IMG/VR virus record: IMGVR_UViG_3300045988_167906
DNA length: 64,000 bases
Origin: a virus
Reading direction: 5' to 3' (one strand)
Below the pieces are notes generated by a model. The model made no database searches and was not told the DNA's origin. It worked only from the letters and a program-made list of their open reading frames with translations. A program made the translations under genes and the position numbers. The stretch's first letter is position 1. Each line of letters begins with the position of its first letter. Positions 39,816 through 49,947 of the stretch are shown one piece after another.

Positions 39816-40211
39816 ATGGAAAAGAAGTTTACAAAGCGTGAGCTGTATGATGCTCTGATTGGCAAGCTGTGTGGTGAAGAGGTCGAAGTTGATGCACAGA
39901 CTCTGGTCGATTTTTGTCAGGCAGAGATTGATCGTATTGATCAGCGTAACGCCAAGGACCGTGAGAAGCGTGAAGCTAAGAAGGCAGAGCCTGATGTTGC
40001 ACGCGAGAAGGTGTTTGCCGCAGTTGATGAGCAGTTCCGTACTGCCGATGTGATTCATGATACTATTGATGATGAAGAGATTACCCTTGGCAAGGTTCGT
40101 CATCGTCTGGCAGGTCTTGTCCGCGATGGTCTGGTGAAGAAGCAGGAGATGAAGGTCCCCGGCGGCGAGGGTGAGAAGACGCGGCACGCCATGTGCTACG
40201 CGAGAGCTTAA
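39816..40211 (+). CDS. paralog family A member 3 (divergent C-terminus)
   Basis: Begins MEKKFTKRELYDAL like the other A members. Confidence 0.5.
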   Translation: MEKKFTKRELYDALIGKLCGEEVEVDAQTLVDFCQAEIDRIDQRNAKDREKREAKKAEPDVAREKVFAAVDEQFRTADVIHDTIDDEEITLGKVRHRLAGLVRDGLVKKQEMKVPGGEGEKTRHAMCYARA

Positions 40212-40377
40212 TAAATGAAGGGTCGGGAAACCGACCCTTTTGTTTTGCCATTTTAAGGTGCTGCTCCGGCCAAGGTCAGGCGTCTATACCGAACATCCAA
40301 ATTGAAAGGCGTTTTAAGAATTTTTTTGACTAAATGCTAATAATATGGTAAAATAATATAAAAAGGAGTAGATAAAA

Positions 40378-41205
40378 ATGAAAGTTTGTTTAAGACATAA
40401 TCAAGAAGAACAGTATCTCCAAAAGGCAGATTAGATTGAAGTTAAATGGGCATATATTGATCAACTTCTTGATTTGGTAGAGAAATATCCTGATAAAGAT
40501 TTTATTATAGATGCTCCAAAAGGCAAACCAATGGATTGGAAAAGTATAGCCGCATGCAAGGCCGGCCTGCATTAGGGTCATACCTTCTATATTCGGCTGC
40601 ATGATCTAAATCCTTTGCTTACATTACGCTGGATGGAGAAATACGATTTTAAATTTTTTTATAGTGAACCGGCAAAAACATATTATGAGCTGTATAATCT
40701 AAAAAAATTAGGTGTATCATATGCTTATATTGATGCTCCCATTTTCTTTGATTTAAATGAAGTAAAAAAAATAGATATTCCATTAAGACTTGTGCCAAAT
40801 CGGGCATATATTCAAGGGCATATTCCACAACTGAGTGGCTTACATGGCACTTGGGTCCGTCCGGAAAAACTTGATATTTATGAACCATATTTTGATGTTT
40901 GTGAATTTGAAAATGATGGACCTACGCAAGAACGAGCCTTTTACCGCATTTATTTTGAAGATAAGTCTTGGCCGAATGACATGAATTCATTAATTTTTGG
41001 TCTTAATACTAATATTGATGATAGATTAGTATATGAAGGTCTTGATGAAATGCGTCTTAATTGTAAACAAGTATGTGAAACACCTAAGCCCTATTGTCAA
41101 ATGTGTGATAAAGTATTATATTTCGAACGGGCCGGACGTCAATGGGCCAAGGAGTACATTGCTGAACATGAGGGAGAAGACCAAGAACAGATAAGCCCTA
41201 ATTGA
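40378..41205 (+). CDS. hypothetical protein (275 aa) containing two in-frame TAGs
   Basis: AAAAGGAG RBS precedes ATG 40378. TAGs at 40432 and 40573 are in frame with listed ORF 40615-41205. Confidence 0.5.
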
Positions 41206-41259
41206 TTATTTAATAAAATTATTATATAATATTTATATAATAATAGAAGGGAATAAGAA

Positions 41260-42258
41260 ATGGGTAAAAAAGTTTTAGTTCCTGATTTTACTGAAAATTG
41301 TAGAGGGCTTTTGGAAGGGCTATTCAAGATTAGTGAAGTAGGTCTTTTAAAAGCTCTTGGTGATTTTGTATCTAATAAATATTCTAATGTAGAAATTACA
41401 GAAGATTATGTATACGCTGAAGGCAATATTCCTGTAATGCTTATCGCACACGTAGATACTGTATTTAGACAGCCAATTCGTCAATTTACTTATAATGAGA
41501 AAAGAGCTGTTTATAAAGGCAAGGAAGGTCTTGGAGCAGACGATAGAGCAGGTGTTTTTGCGATTATTCAAATTTTGCGTAAGAAGTATAGACCTTATGT
41601 CCTTTTTACAACAGATGAAGAAATGGGCGGTTATGGTGCCCATATGTTCATTGAAGCACATCCAGTAGCCCCAGATATTAAATATATGATTGAGCTGGAT
41701 AGAGCTGGTGAAAAAGATTGTGTTTTCTATGAATGTGAAAATTTTACATTTGTAGATTATGTTGAAAGTTTTGGTTTTAGGCAAGCAATTGGATCATTTA
41801 CAGATATTAGTATTATTATGCCTGAATGGGAAATTGCCGGAGTAAATTTATCAGTTGGCTATCATCATGAACATACTCAAAATGAAGATTTACATATTAG
41901 AACATTGTATAATACAATTAATAAAGTATGTAAAATGCTTGATGATATCGAAAATGCAGATAAATATAAGTTTATTCCTAGTAAGGAATATCTTCAGTGG
42001 ATTACATTAACTAATAAATATCATATGCCTTATGATTTTGATGATGATAAACTTCTTAATTGTAGTTTTTGTAATCAGTTGTATTATGAGTGGGAAGATT
42101 TTCCTCTTGATATTGATGGAGTAAAAGTTCATGTATGTCCTGAATGTTTGGCCCTTGATCCTAATATTCATCAATGTGAAAAGTGCTATAATTTATTTTA
42201 TTCAAATAATATGAGAGAAAGAGTATGTGATAAATGTCGAGTCCCTGTTGTAATTTAA
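41260..42258 (+). CDS. M20/M28-family zinc metallopeptidase-like protein with C-terminal zinc-ribbon tail
   Basis: IAHVDTV, GADDRAGV, TTDEEMGG resemble M20 (ArgE/DapE/PepT) metal-binding motifs. C-terminal CxxC x4. Confidence 0.5.
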   Translation: MGKKVLVPDFTENCRGLLEGLFKISEVGLLKALGDFVSNKYSNVEITEDYVYAEGNIPVMLIAHVDTVFRQPIRQFTYNEKRAVYKGKEGLGADDRAGVFAIIQILRKKYRPYVLFTTDEEMGGYGAHMFIEAHPVAPDIKYMIELDRAGEKDCVFYECENFTFVDYVESFGFRQAIGSFTDISIIMPEWEIAGVNLSVGYHHEHTQNEDLHIRTLYNTINKVCKMLDDIENADKYKFIPSKEYLQWITLTNKYHMPYDFDDDKLLNCSFCNQLYYEWEDFPLDIDGVKVHVCPECLALDPNIHQCEKCYNLFYSNNMRERVCDKCRVPVVI

Positions 42259-42338
42259 ATGAAATTAAAGAACAAGTAAAGAAGGTTATTGCCTATTCAT
42301 AGGGGCTGGACATTAACCTTTTAAATATTGATAAATTA

Positions 42339-43664
42339 ATGAATGATTGGGAAGAGAATAAATGCAAATTTTATAGTAGGCTTCCTGGTAATAAATTAAT
42401 TTATCAAAGCCATACACCTATTACAATGTCTATTTCAGAAGATGATAAAAAAGCTGAATTAGATTGTTTTATTGATAATATTCGTTGGCGTTATGGCTTA
42501 TTTGAATTAAGAGATTTTGTTGAAAATAATAGAAAAAATTTTTATAATAATATTTTAAATGAAGATTATTCAATGAATAATGGAACTGTTATTCCAAAAG
42601 GAATGAAAATAATTAAAGCATTTAAATATTTTGTAGAAGATAAGGAAATTCTTACTGAAATACAAGATAAAGCTAGTATGCTTATTCAAAATACAAAAAT
42701 TAGTGGATATTTTTGTATGTCAGTTCATCCATTGGATTATCTTAGTTTGAGTGAAAATACACATAATTGGCGGTCATGCCATGCCCTTGATGGAGAATAC
42801 CGTGCTGGTAATTTATCTTATATGGCAGATAATTGTACAATTATATGCTATATTAAGAGTGAACATGATGCGGTTTTACCTAGATTCCCAGATGATGTAC
42901 CATGGGCAGATAAGAAGTGGCGTATGCTTCTTCATGTATCTGATGATGACACTATGGTTATTTCAGGTCGGCATTATCCTTATGAAAGTAAAGGATTGCA
43001 AGATTTTGCTCTTGAGTTATATGAAACATTTTTCGGGCAAGGATACCGTTTTACTGATTGGTGTCATGAAAAATATAATACATTTACAATAAATGATAAA
43101 ATCTTTTCTAATGATAGCCGTTTATTGCCTACTGGATATGTAATGACTCCAGATATTAAGGTTATTGTTGACCCAAAAAATCCTTTACATTACAATGACC
43201 CTCTTCATTCTACTGTATATGACTATTGGTTCAGTATTGCTTATAGTGAACCTTATTGGCATGAAGAAGGTATTCCGCAAGATAAATTAATTCTTCCAAG
43301 AACTCGTACCACTACTAAAGTTAATATAGGACATGATGTAAAATGCTGTATTTGTGGTAAAAATGATTGTGTTTTAACAGATACGATGCTTTGTATTGAT
43401 TGTGAACTTAAATATGGTACAGAAGAAACAGAAGATTTTACTTTCTGTAGAGAGTGCGGTAGACGTATTTATATTCCTGAAGCAATATCATTAGATGATG
43501 ATGATGGTTATGTATGTCGCAATTGCGGAGATAATTATTAGATATGTGATAATTGTAATATGTATTATGATAAAAAAGATTTAATTTATGATGAAGAAAA
43601 CAATGCTTACTACTGTGAAGCTTGTTATGATGAAATTTTATTTGATAGGGAGAATAATGAATAA
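42339..43664 (+). CDS. paralog family C member 3, extended through TAG 43539
   Basis: VHPLDYLSLSEN...W.SC...YRAG core. Read-through adds CDNCNMYY...CEACYDE, another CxxC pair like its paralogs. Confidence 0.55.
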
Positions 43665-43972
43665 TGGCAAAAGGTAGTATTGCTAAAGATGCTGTTGTAG
43701 AAAAAATTGCAGAAGCATTTGGCGAAGATTTCCTCGGATCTTATGATAAAAAGTATTATGTGCGAGCTAAAGAAAATGGACAATATATTCAGATTGCAAT
43801 TAGTCTGACTTGTCCAAAAACTCCAGTTGAATCTTTTGGTTCTATGGATTTTGGTAATAATGAACTTAATTTTGAAGATGGAGCAACAATTCAGCCTGCG
43901 AAAAAGGCTACAGAAATTAGTCCAGAAGAAGAAGAAAATTTAAAAGCTTTAATTGAAAAGCTTGGTTTGTAA
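43664..43972 (+). CDS. hypothetical protein (102 aa)
   Basis: Followed by terminator gagaaagtca/tgactttctc. Confidence 0.45.
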   Translation: MAKGSIAKDAVVEKIAEAFGEDFLGSYDKKYYVRAKENGQYIQIAISLTCPKTPVESFGSMDFGNNELNFEDGATIQPAKKATEISPEEEENLKALIEKLGL

Positions 43973-44079
43973 GAGAAAGTCAAATTGACTTTCTCTTATT
44001 TTTATGTTATAATTATTTATATAGGGCATATTATATTAATTAAATAATTAAATTTCTTATATAAGAAAGGAATAAAAAT

Positions 44080-44361
44080 ATGAAGAAGATTATAATTCCT
44101 CAAGAAGAAGTAAATTATCTTTAGAAATTAAATTATGAAATTGAAGCTAGAAAAAATTTATGTCAATTTTTAATTAGACAAAATATTAGAAATAAAGCTT
44201 TTGATGATTATCATAATGAGTATATAGAATTATTTGCTGAATATGAATTAGCTAAATTAGAATTAGAAAATAATTATATTAAACCAGTAATTGGAAATCA
44301 AACTTGTAATTGGAATTTAGATTTTTAGACAAACGAGGTAAATATTGATGTTATTTCCTAA
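44080..44361 (+). CDS. small protein (93 aa, two in-frame TAGs) preceding the radical-SAM gene
   Basis: RBS AAAGGAATAAAAATATG. Open to TAA only with TAG as sense. Confidence 0.4.
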
Positions 44362-45688
44362 GATAGTTAATATTCCTGAAGAATTTTCTGATTTTATAAG
44401 TCGTTTATATTCTAATGATTGCTTAAATTCTTAGGCTGTATTTACATTAACTTTTTAGGTTACAGATGATTGTTGTCTAAATTGTGTTTATTGTTATCAA
44501 GGACATAAAGGAAAACATAAATTATCCTTTAATACAGCTAAATAGATGATTGATTAGATACTAACAAGAGACAGTAAAGTTATTAATTATATTGACTCTT
44601 ATAAAATACCAGGAGTAGTAATAGAATTTATAGGTGGAGAGCCATTTTTAGAAATTGAATTAATTGATTAGATTACTGATTATTTTATTAATAAAATGAT
44701 TGAATTGCGGCATCCTTGGGCCACTAAATATAAAATTTCAATTAGTTCTAATGGTATTTTATATTTTGAACCAAAAGTACAAGAGTATATTAAAAAAAAT
44801 AATGAAAATTTAAGTTTATCAATTTCTATTGATGGAAATAAAAAATTACATGATGCTTGTAGAGTTTTCCCTGATGGTAGTGGTAGTTATGATAAAGCAT
44901 TGTCCGCCGCATTACATTATAGCCATAATTATAACAAATGGATCGGGAGTAAAATGACTATCTCTCCATTTAATATAGATTATTTATATGACGCTGTTTT
45001 AGAAATGATAAACAATGGTTATAGTCAAATCAATCTAAATTGTGTGTATGAAAAAGGTTGGGAACTTAACCATGCCACTACATTATATTATTAGTTAAAA
45101 AAAATTGCTGATTATTTATTAAATAATGATTTGTGGGATAAAGTTTATTTATCTATTTTTTATATTAATGATGGAAGTAAAAATTTATCTAATGATAATT
45201 GGTGCGGCGGGAATGGTCGTATGTTAGCCTTAAATTGGAAAGGTAAATATTATCCCTGTTTACGTTATATGGAAGATAGCATAAGTAATCAGCCAGAATA
45301 TTATATTGGAGATATTTATTAGGGAATAGGCCAAGATAATTTAACCATCAATAGATTAAAAGATTTATCTGAAATAACAGTTATTAGTCAATCTCCTCAA
45401 AAATGTTTAGATTGTGAAATTTCTGGAGGATGCTCTTGGTGTACAGCTTATAATTATCAAGAAACAGGTAATGTTAATAAAAGAGTTACTTATATTTGTG
45501 ATATGCATTATGCTATAGTTCTAGCTTCTTTATATTATTTAAATTCTATTTTAAAAAAAATAAACTCGAATAAACGATTTAAATTTAATGGAGATATGGA
45601 AAAAGCATTAAAAATTATCTCTTAGGATGAATATAATATAATAAAGGAGGCAATGACAAATGAAAATAGGCACGACAATAACTTCTGA
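44348..45688 (+). CDS. radical SAM / SPASM-domain peptide-modifying enzyme (anSME/sactisynthase-like) containing eight in-frame TAG codons
   Basis: DDCCLNCVYCYQ (CxxxCxxC), FIGGEPFL (GGE SAM motif), C-terminal CGGNGRMLALNWKGKYYPC...CLDCEISGGCSWC (SPASM). Listed ORFs 44696-45094 and 45131-45322 are two fragments of this single frame. Confidence 0.8.
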
Positions 45689-46310
45689 TAGATTCAATGA
45701 ATTAAAGAAAAAAATAAAGGCTGAATGTTTACGTCGTAAATATATAGGTAGTGTAAGTTCATATGGAGGGACTTCTTATGATTATACTACTTAGCCTAAT
45801 AATGGAAAAGTTATTTCAAAAGAACATATAACAAAACTGGTAGAACCTATGGCGGCAATAAATATTGAAAATCAGAATGAAAATATAAATGTTATTAAAG
45901 ATGATGATTTAAGTACATTAGAGGCAAAAATTACAGCTTATCAAGCTATGGGATTAACTGATTCGAATACTGGATGTTCAGCTTATTGCACTGGATTATG
46001 TTCTACTAGTTGTAGTGAAAGTTGTGGAGTACAATGTCAGGGAACTTGTTTAGGCAGTTGTAAGAATACTTGCCAAGGAGGCTGCCAAAACACTTGCAGA
46101 GGCGGATGTCGAAGCAGTTGTAGTGGCAGTTGTGATGGATGCAGTGGTTCTTGCTCAGGTGGATGCCAGACTGGGTGTAGCGGATGCAGCGGTAGCTGTA
46201 CAAGACATTGTGCTAACGATTGTACTGGATTGTGTGGAGGAAGTTGTTCTGGATTATGCACAAGTTGTACTGGCACATGTAGTGGAACTGGTAGGAATGA
46301 ACCATTATAA
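45660..46310 (+). CDS. RiPP-like precursor: ~105-aa leader plus ~110-aa core of 35 cysteines in (C-x3)/(C-x2) repeats; one in-frame TAG
   Basis: AGGAGG RBS then ATG 45660, in frame (through TAG 45792) with listed ORF 45849-46310. Core is CSAYCTGLCSTSCSESCGVQCQGTCLGSCKNTC..., ends TAA. Confidence 0.65.
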
Positions 46311-46428
46311 TTTAAAAACATTTATTGAAAATATATATAATTGTAAAATATATTATATGTATCTTATACAAAATAATATTTTATTTTGTATAAGTGATTA
46401 TAAAAATATAAACTTTCAAAAATATGAT

Positions 46429-46998
46429 ATGGATATTTAGATTTTATCTATTTATGAATATTTATTTCAAAAGTATATTTTACATAAAGATATATTAAAA
46501 CAATATAAAGGTATAGAATTATATAAAATTATGGAAATTCAAGATAAAATTTTTATTAATAGATATAAATTATTATTGTAGATTATTAATAATAATTATA
46601 ATTTTGATAATTAGTTAATATACACTGATTTTAATAATTTTAATTTTGAACAAAATATTAGTTATATAAATTATTGTTTAAAATTACTATTTAATAATTT
46701 TAAAAAAATAGATAAACAATTTTGGAAAATTTTAGATTAGATTTATTTTTTAATTAATGGTAAAACTAATTTATTTTTATTGTTGGGAAATTTTTATTTG
46801 AATAAAAGTAATTTATAGCAATTTACTGAAGAAATAAAAAAAATTCCTGGAATTAAAGAATAGCTCTCTTTTAGTTATACAGCTTTAAATTTAGCTATTG
46901 AAATTGATAAAGTTGCAGAAAATAAAAATTATCTTAATGAATTAATTGAAATTATTGATAATCATTCACAAGAAAAAATTTATAAATTTGATATTTAA
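46429..46998 (+). CDS. hypothetical protein (189 aa) with six in-frame TAGs in extremely AT-rich DNA
   Basis: A 570-nt frame free of TAA/TGA despite ~85 percent AT. Ends TAA. Confidence 0.45.
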
Positions 46999-47267
46999 TA
47001 AAAATTAATATATAATATATATACAAAATAAAGAAAATAAAGACTTTAACAGCAAAGAAATGGACAGTAAATCCGTCGCGAATGCTACGCAGGTTCGAAT
47101 CCTGCCCTCCCCACCACTATATGGCGGAGGTAGGGAAGCGGTTAAACCCAGCGGAACCAAACCAAATAAGTCTTGTTTGAATAAAATAATTATTTGATTT
47201 TTAATAAAAAATATTATATAATATTTATATGAAAAGAGAAAGGCTTTTACAGCAACTTAAACTTTTT

Positions 47268-47342
47268 TCCGTGGTCGAATAACTGGATAATTCATCAGAG
47301 TTAATTCTGAAAATAAGGATTCAAATTCCTTCCTTGGAGCCA
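47268..47342 (+). tRNA. tRNA-like gene with non-canonical 6-8 nt anticodon loop centred on TTAA; CCA encoded
   Basis: Acceptor tccgtgg/ccttgga (6 of 7), D stem gaat/attc, anticodon stem tcaga/tctga with loop gttaat, T arm aagga-ttcaaat-tcctt, discriminator G plus CCA. Late promoter directly upstream. Confidence 0.4.
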
Positions 47343-47433
47343 AGTATAAAAAGTCTTGGGTAAATTTCTTAATTTGAAAAAATTAAAAAAATATAATATA
47401 ATATATAAGTAATCAATAAGAAATTAAATAAAT

Positions 47434-47582
47434 GCTCTCGTAGCTCAATTGGTCAGAGCCGGCGACTTATCCAAAATTAGTTTAAATGGTAAAATAGTTT
47501 ATGCGCAAGAAAGATGTAAGTTCAAATCTAACATTTTGGGCCAAATCGCCAGATGTGGGTTCAAATCCCGACGGGAGCACCA
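47434..47582 (+). tRNA. tRNA interrupted by a ~78-nt insertion after the anticodon loop; the insertion itself has tRNA-like ends (ccaaaat...attttgg-g-cca, 47471-47543)
   Basis: Outer acceptor gctctcg/cgggagc plus A plus CCA, D arm gctc-aattggtca-gagc, anticodon stem ggcga/tcgcc split by the insert, T arm with ttcaaat. Confidence 0.4.
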
Positions 47583-47608
47583 TATTCCAATAGAAAGGAA
47601 TTAAAATA

Positions 47609-47848
47609 ATGAAGTTGACAAATATTAAGCAGGTTGAAGATTTTATTTCAGCAGTTAATCGTGCTCATAGTAATGTATGGCTGGTTAGTCCGCAGGGCGA
47701 TAGATACAATATGAAATCTGCACTTTCACAGTATATTGCACTTGGTGCATTACTTGGTCAGCATGGCGATGAACTGGAACTTTTTTGTGATAGTAAGCAA
47801 GATGAAGGTTTATTTATTGAATTTTTTGTTCGTCATTCTGAAGTTTAA
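47609..47848 (+). CDS. hypothetical protein (79 aa)
   Basis: GAAAGGAATTAAAATAATG initiation motif. Confidence 0.45.
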   Translation: MKLTNIKQVEDFISAVNRAHSNVWLVSPQGDRYNMKSALSQYIALGALLGQHGDELELFCDSKQDEGLFIEFFVRHSEV

Positions 47849-47903
47849 TAAATTTGATTTTTAATAAAAATATTATTATATTATATAGAGAGTGAGGGAA
47901 AGA

Positions 47904-48863
47904 ATGACTATTATTGAATTATTTGCGGGAATTGGGACATAGATTTCAGCTTTGGTTAAAATTGATCCAAATATTAGATCAATAGGTATTAGCGAAATTG
48001 ATGAACGACCATTGAAAGCATATAAAGTTTTGAATGGTGAATATAATAATTTTGGTGATATCACAAAAATTGATATTTTACCCTATGCAGATATTTGGAC
48101 TTATTCTTTCCCTTGTACTGATTTATCTATTGCAGGGAAGCAAGAAGGTTTTCAAGGAAAAAATTCTTCATTAATTTATGAGGTATATCGTCTCTTGCTT
48201 TCTTCTCCAAAGCCAAAAATTCTTTTAATGGAAAATGTGGCCAATATTTGTAATAATACTTTTATGCCAAAATTTCAAGAGTGGATTAATAGTTTAGCTG
48301 AATTAGGTTATGTATCTAGCTGGAAGAAAATAAAAGCTTATGAATATGGCGGAGCAACTATTAGAGATCGTGTATTCATGGTTTCAGTAATTTCTCCTTT
48401 AAAAAAGTTTATTTTCCCTTTAGCTGAAAATGTTAAAACTACTTTAAAAGATTTTTTAGAGCCAATTAACGAAGAATATTTCATTGATAGTTATGATGGC
48501 CCAAGTGATATTACTACACCATATTATAATGGAGCTAAAAAACTCTGTGATTATAAAAATGGTGGTCAAGGAAATCGAATTTATTCTATATTTGGGCAAG
48601 GAGTTACATTAACTGCTTCTGGTGGAGGAAAAGCCGGATCAAGCGGTGGTTTGTATCTTCGTAATAATAGTATTTATAAACTTACTCCAATTGAGATTTG
48701 TAAAATAATGGGTTGGACTAAAGCAGAAGCAGAAAAGATTTGTTCTGTTTTAACCCCTAGAGAAGTGGGTTTTTGCTTGGGCAATGCCATTGATAGAAAT
48801 GTGTTAATTCATATTTTTAAAGGGATAAAGGAACAATATTATGATGAATTGGGAGAAAAGTGA
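47904..48863 (+). CDS. DNA (cytosine-5)-methyltransferase; TAG at codon 13
   Basis: Motif I ELFAGIGT (upstream of the TAG), motif IV FPCTDLSIAGKQEG (PC motif), motif VI LMENV. Confidence 0.75.
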
Positions 48864-49467
48864 AAAGAAAGCATTTGAATGGTTTAAAAATAACTATGAT
48901 AATGATGCGATTTATCAAGGACGTAATGATTCTACTATTTCAGATATTTATTCTCCTTTATATAATTGCTATATTGAAGTAAAAGATATTACTAATGGTG
49001 CTCGATGCGGGCAATTTACTAAAAGTACCATCAGTAATAACCCATATGCTGAAGCTATTTATTTGGGTAAAAATGATGAAGAAACTTGTATAAATTTTGT
49101 AAAAGAGCATTATAGAGCTAAACGAGTAGGAGCTTTTATCATTATTAATAATAATAATATTTCTCTTGTGGCTTTTGATGATTTTTTTAATAATTATACT
49201 TTTGAAATTCAAAAACCTTATTGCAAAAGAAGCGGCACTTCATCGGCTCCAATTAAAGATAAAGAAACTCTTTTAAAATTTAATACAGCATTTTATCAAG
49301 AAAATAATAAAGTTTTTTGTTCTGATCAAAATTTATTTGGTACTTATTGTTCAATATTTAATCCTTTTGATTATTTTATCAGTAAAACAACTGGTGAATT
49401 AAGAAAAAGAAGTAATACTAATAATATGACTTGGCATATTGTAATTAAAGAAAAATTGAAAAATTGA
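48841..49467 (+). CDS. hypothetical protein overlapping the MTase stop (candidate cognate endonuclease or Vsr-like partner)
   Basis: ATGATGA overlap with the MTase. No recognisable motif. Confidence 0.4.
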   Translation: MMNWEKSEKKAFEWFKNNYDNDAIYQGRNDSTISDIYSPLYNCYIEVKDITNGARCGQFTKSTISNNPYAEAIYLGKNDEETCINFVKEHYRAKRVGAFIIINNNNISLVAFDDFFNNYTFEIQKPYCKRSGTSSAPIKDKETLLKFNTAFYQENNKVFCSDQNLFGTYCSIFNPFDYFISKTTGELRKRSNTNNMTWHIVIKEKLKN

Positions 49468-49529
49468 AAAATTGAAAAATTAAAAAAAATATTATAAAAT
49501 ATATATACAAAATAAATGAGAAATAAATT

Positions 49530-49606
49530 CTCATTTGTATGGGACAGTAGCTTACGAGGTCGGAGCATTGGTCTGAAAAACCAAAGGATGGAGGCTCGAT
49601 ACCTCC
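49530..49606 (+). tRNA. tRNA-Phe (GAA)
   Basis: Acceptor gggacag/ctgtccc, anticodon loop ctGAAaa, CCA encoded. Late promoter motif at 49480-49515. Confidence 0.8.
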
Positions 49607-49616
49607 CTGTCCCACC

Positions 49617-49690
49617 AATTGGTCTTACACATGGGGTTTCCGATTTGAACTAGGCAGATTAGTCACCTGCCGTTGGCAATAGACCAATTA
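49617..49690 (+). ncRNA. structured RNA candidate bounded by an 8-bp inverted repeat (attggtct / agaccaat) with internal hairpin ggcag-attagtcac-ctgcc
   Basis: No ORF. Co-transcribed position inside the tRNA array. Confidence 0.25.
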
Positions 49691-49835
49691 AAAATAAACT
49701 GAGGCAAAGGGAAATCGGGTAGTTATGATGAACTTCATAATGAAATCCTCTTGTAATCAAGCTAATTGGGAGAGAGGTAGCACGGGAACGGGGAGAAGCG
49801 TGCTATAAAAGGTGAAATACTTCTTTCCACCATAA

Positions 49836-49900
49836 GCCGGTGTAGCCGAATGGCATAGGCGAATGGAATTGAACTGAAAATTTTTTGGTTCAATTCCATT
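49836..49900 (+). pseudogene. 5' part of a tRNA gene (acceptor gccggtg, D arm gcc-gaatggcata-ggc, then a 13-bp perfect hairpin) whose 3' part lies at 50773-50800
   Basis: gccggtg pairs with caccggt of the downstream T-arm/acceptor/CCA fragment. The HNH ORF lies between them. Confidence 0.35.
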
Positions 49901-49947
49901 AATGAATAATTTTTAATTTCTAATATATTATGAAAGGAGAGATTGTT

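Noticed and set aside
45653-45688. ATG at 45653 giving MTNENRHDNNF*
   Set aside because: It is the in-frame tail of the rSAM ORF rather than a separate gene. The precursor starts at ATG 45660 in another frame behind the AGGAGG RBS.
46006-46321. Minus-strand ORFs 46006-46203 and 46037-46321 antisense to the cysteine-repeat precursor
   Set aside because: Artefact of the GC-rich repetitive TGY/GGN codons of the precursor. The plus-strand frame has RBS, leader and TAA.
47041-47180. Possible tmRNA or permuted tRNA (T-arm plus ccctcccca-cca followed by ggcggagg...)
   Set aside because: Could not find a convincing 5' acceptor partner, tag-peptide reading frame or pseudoknots. Left as a tRNA 3'-half-like element only.
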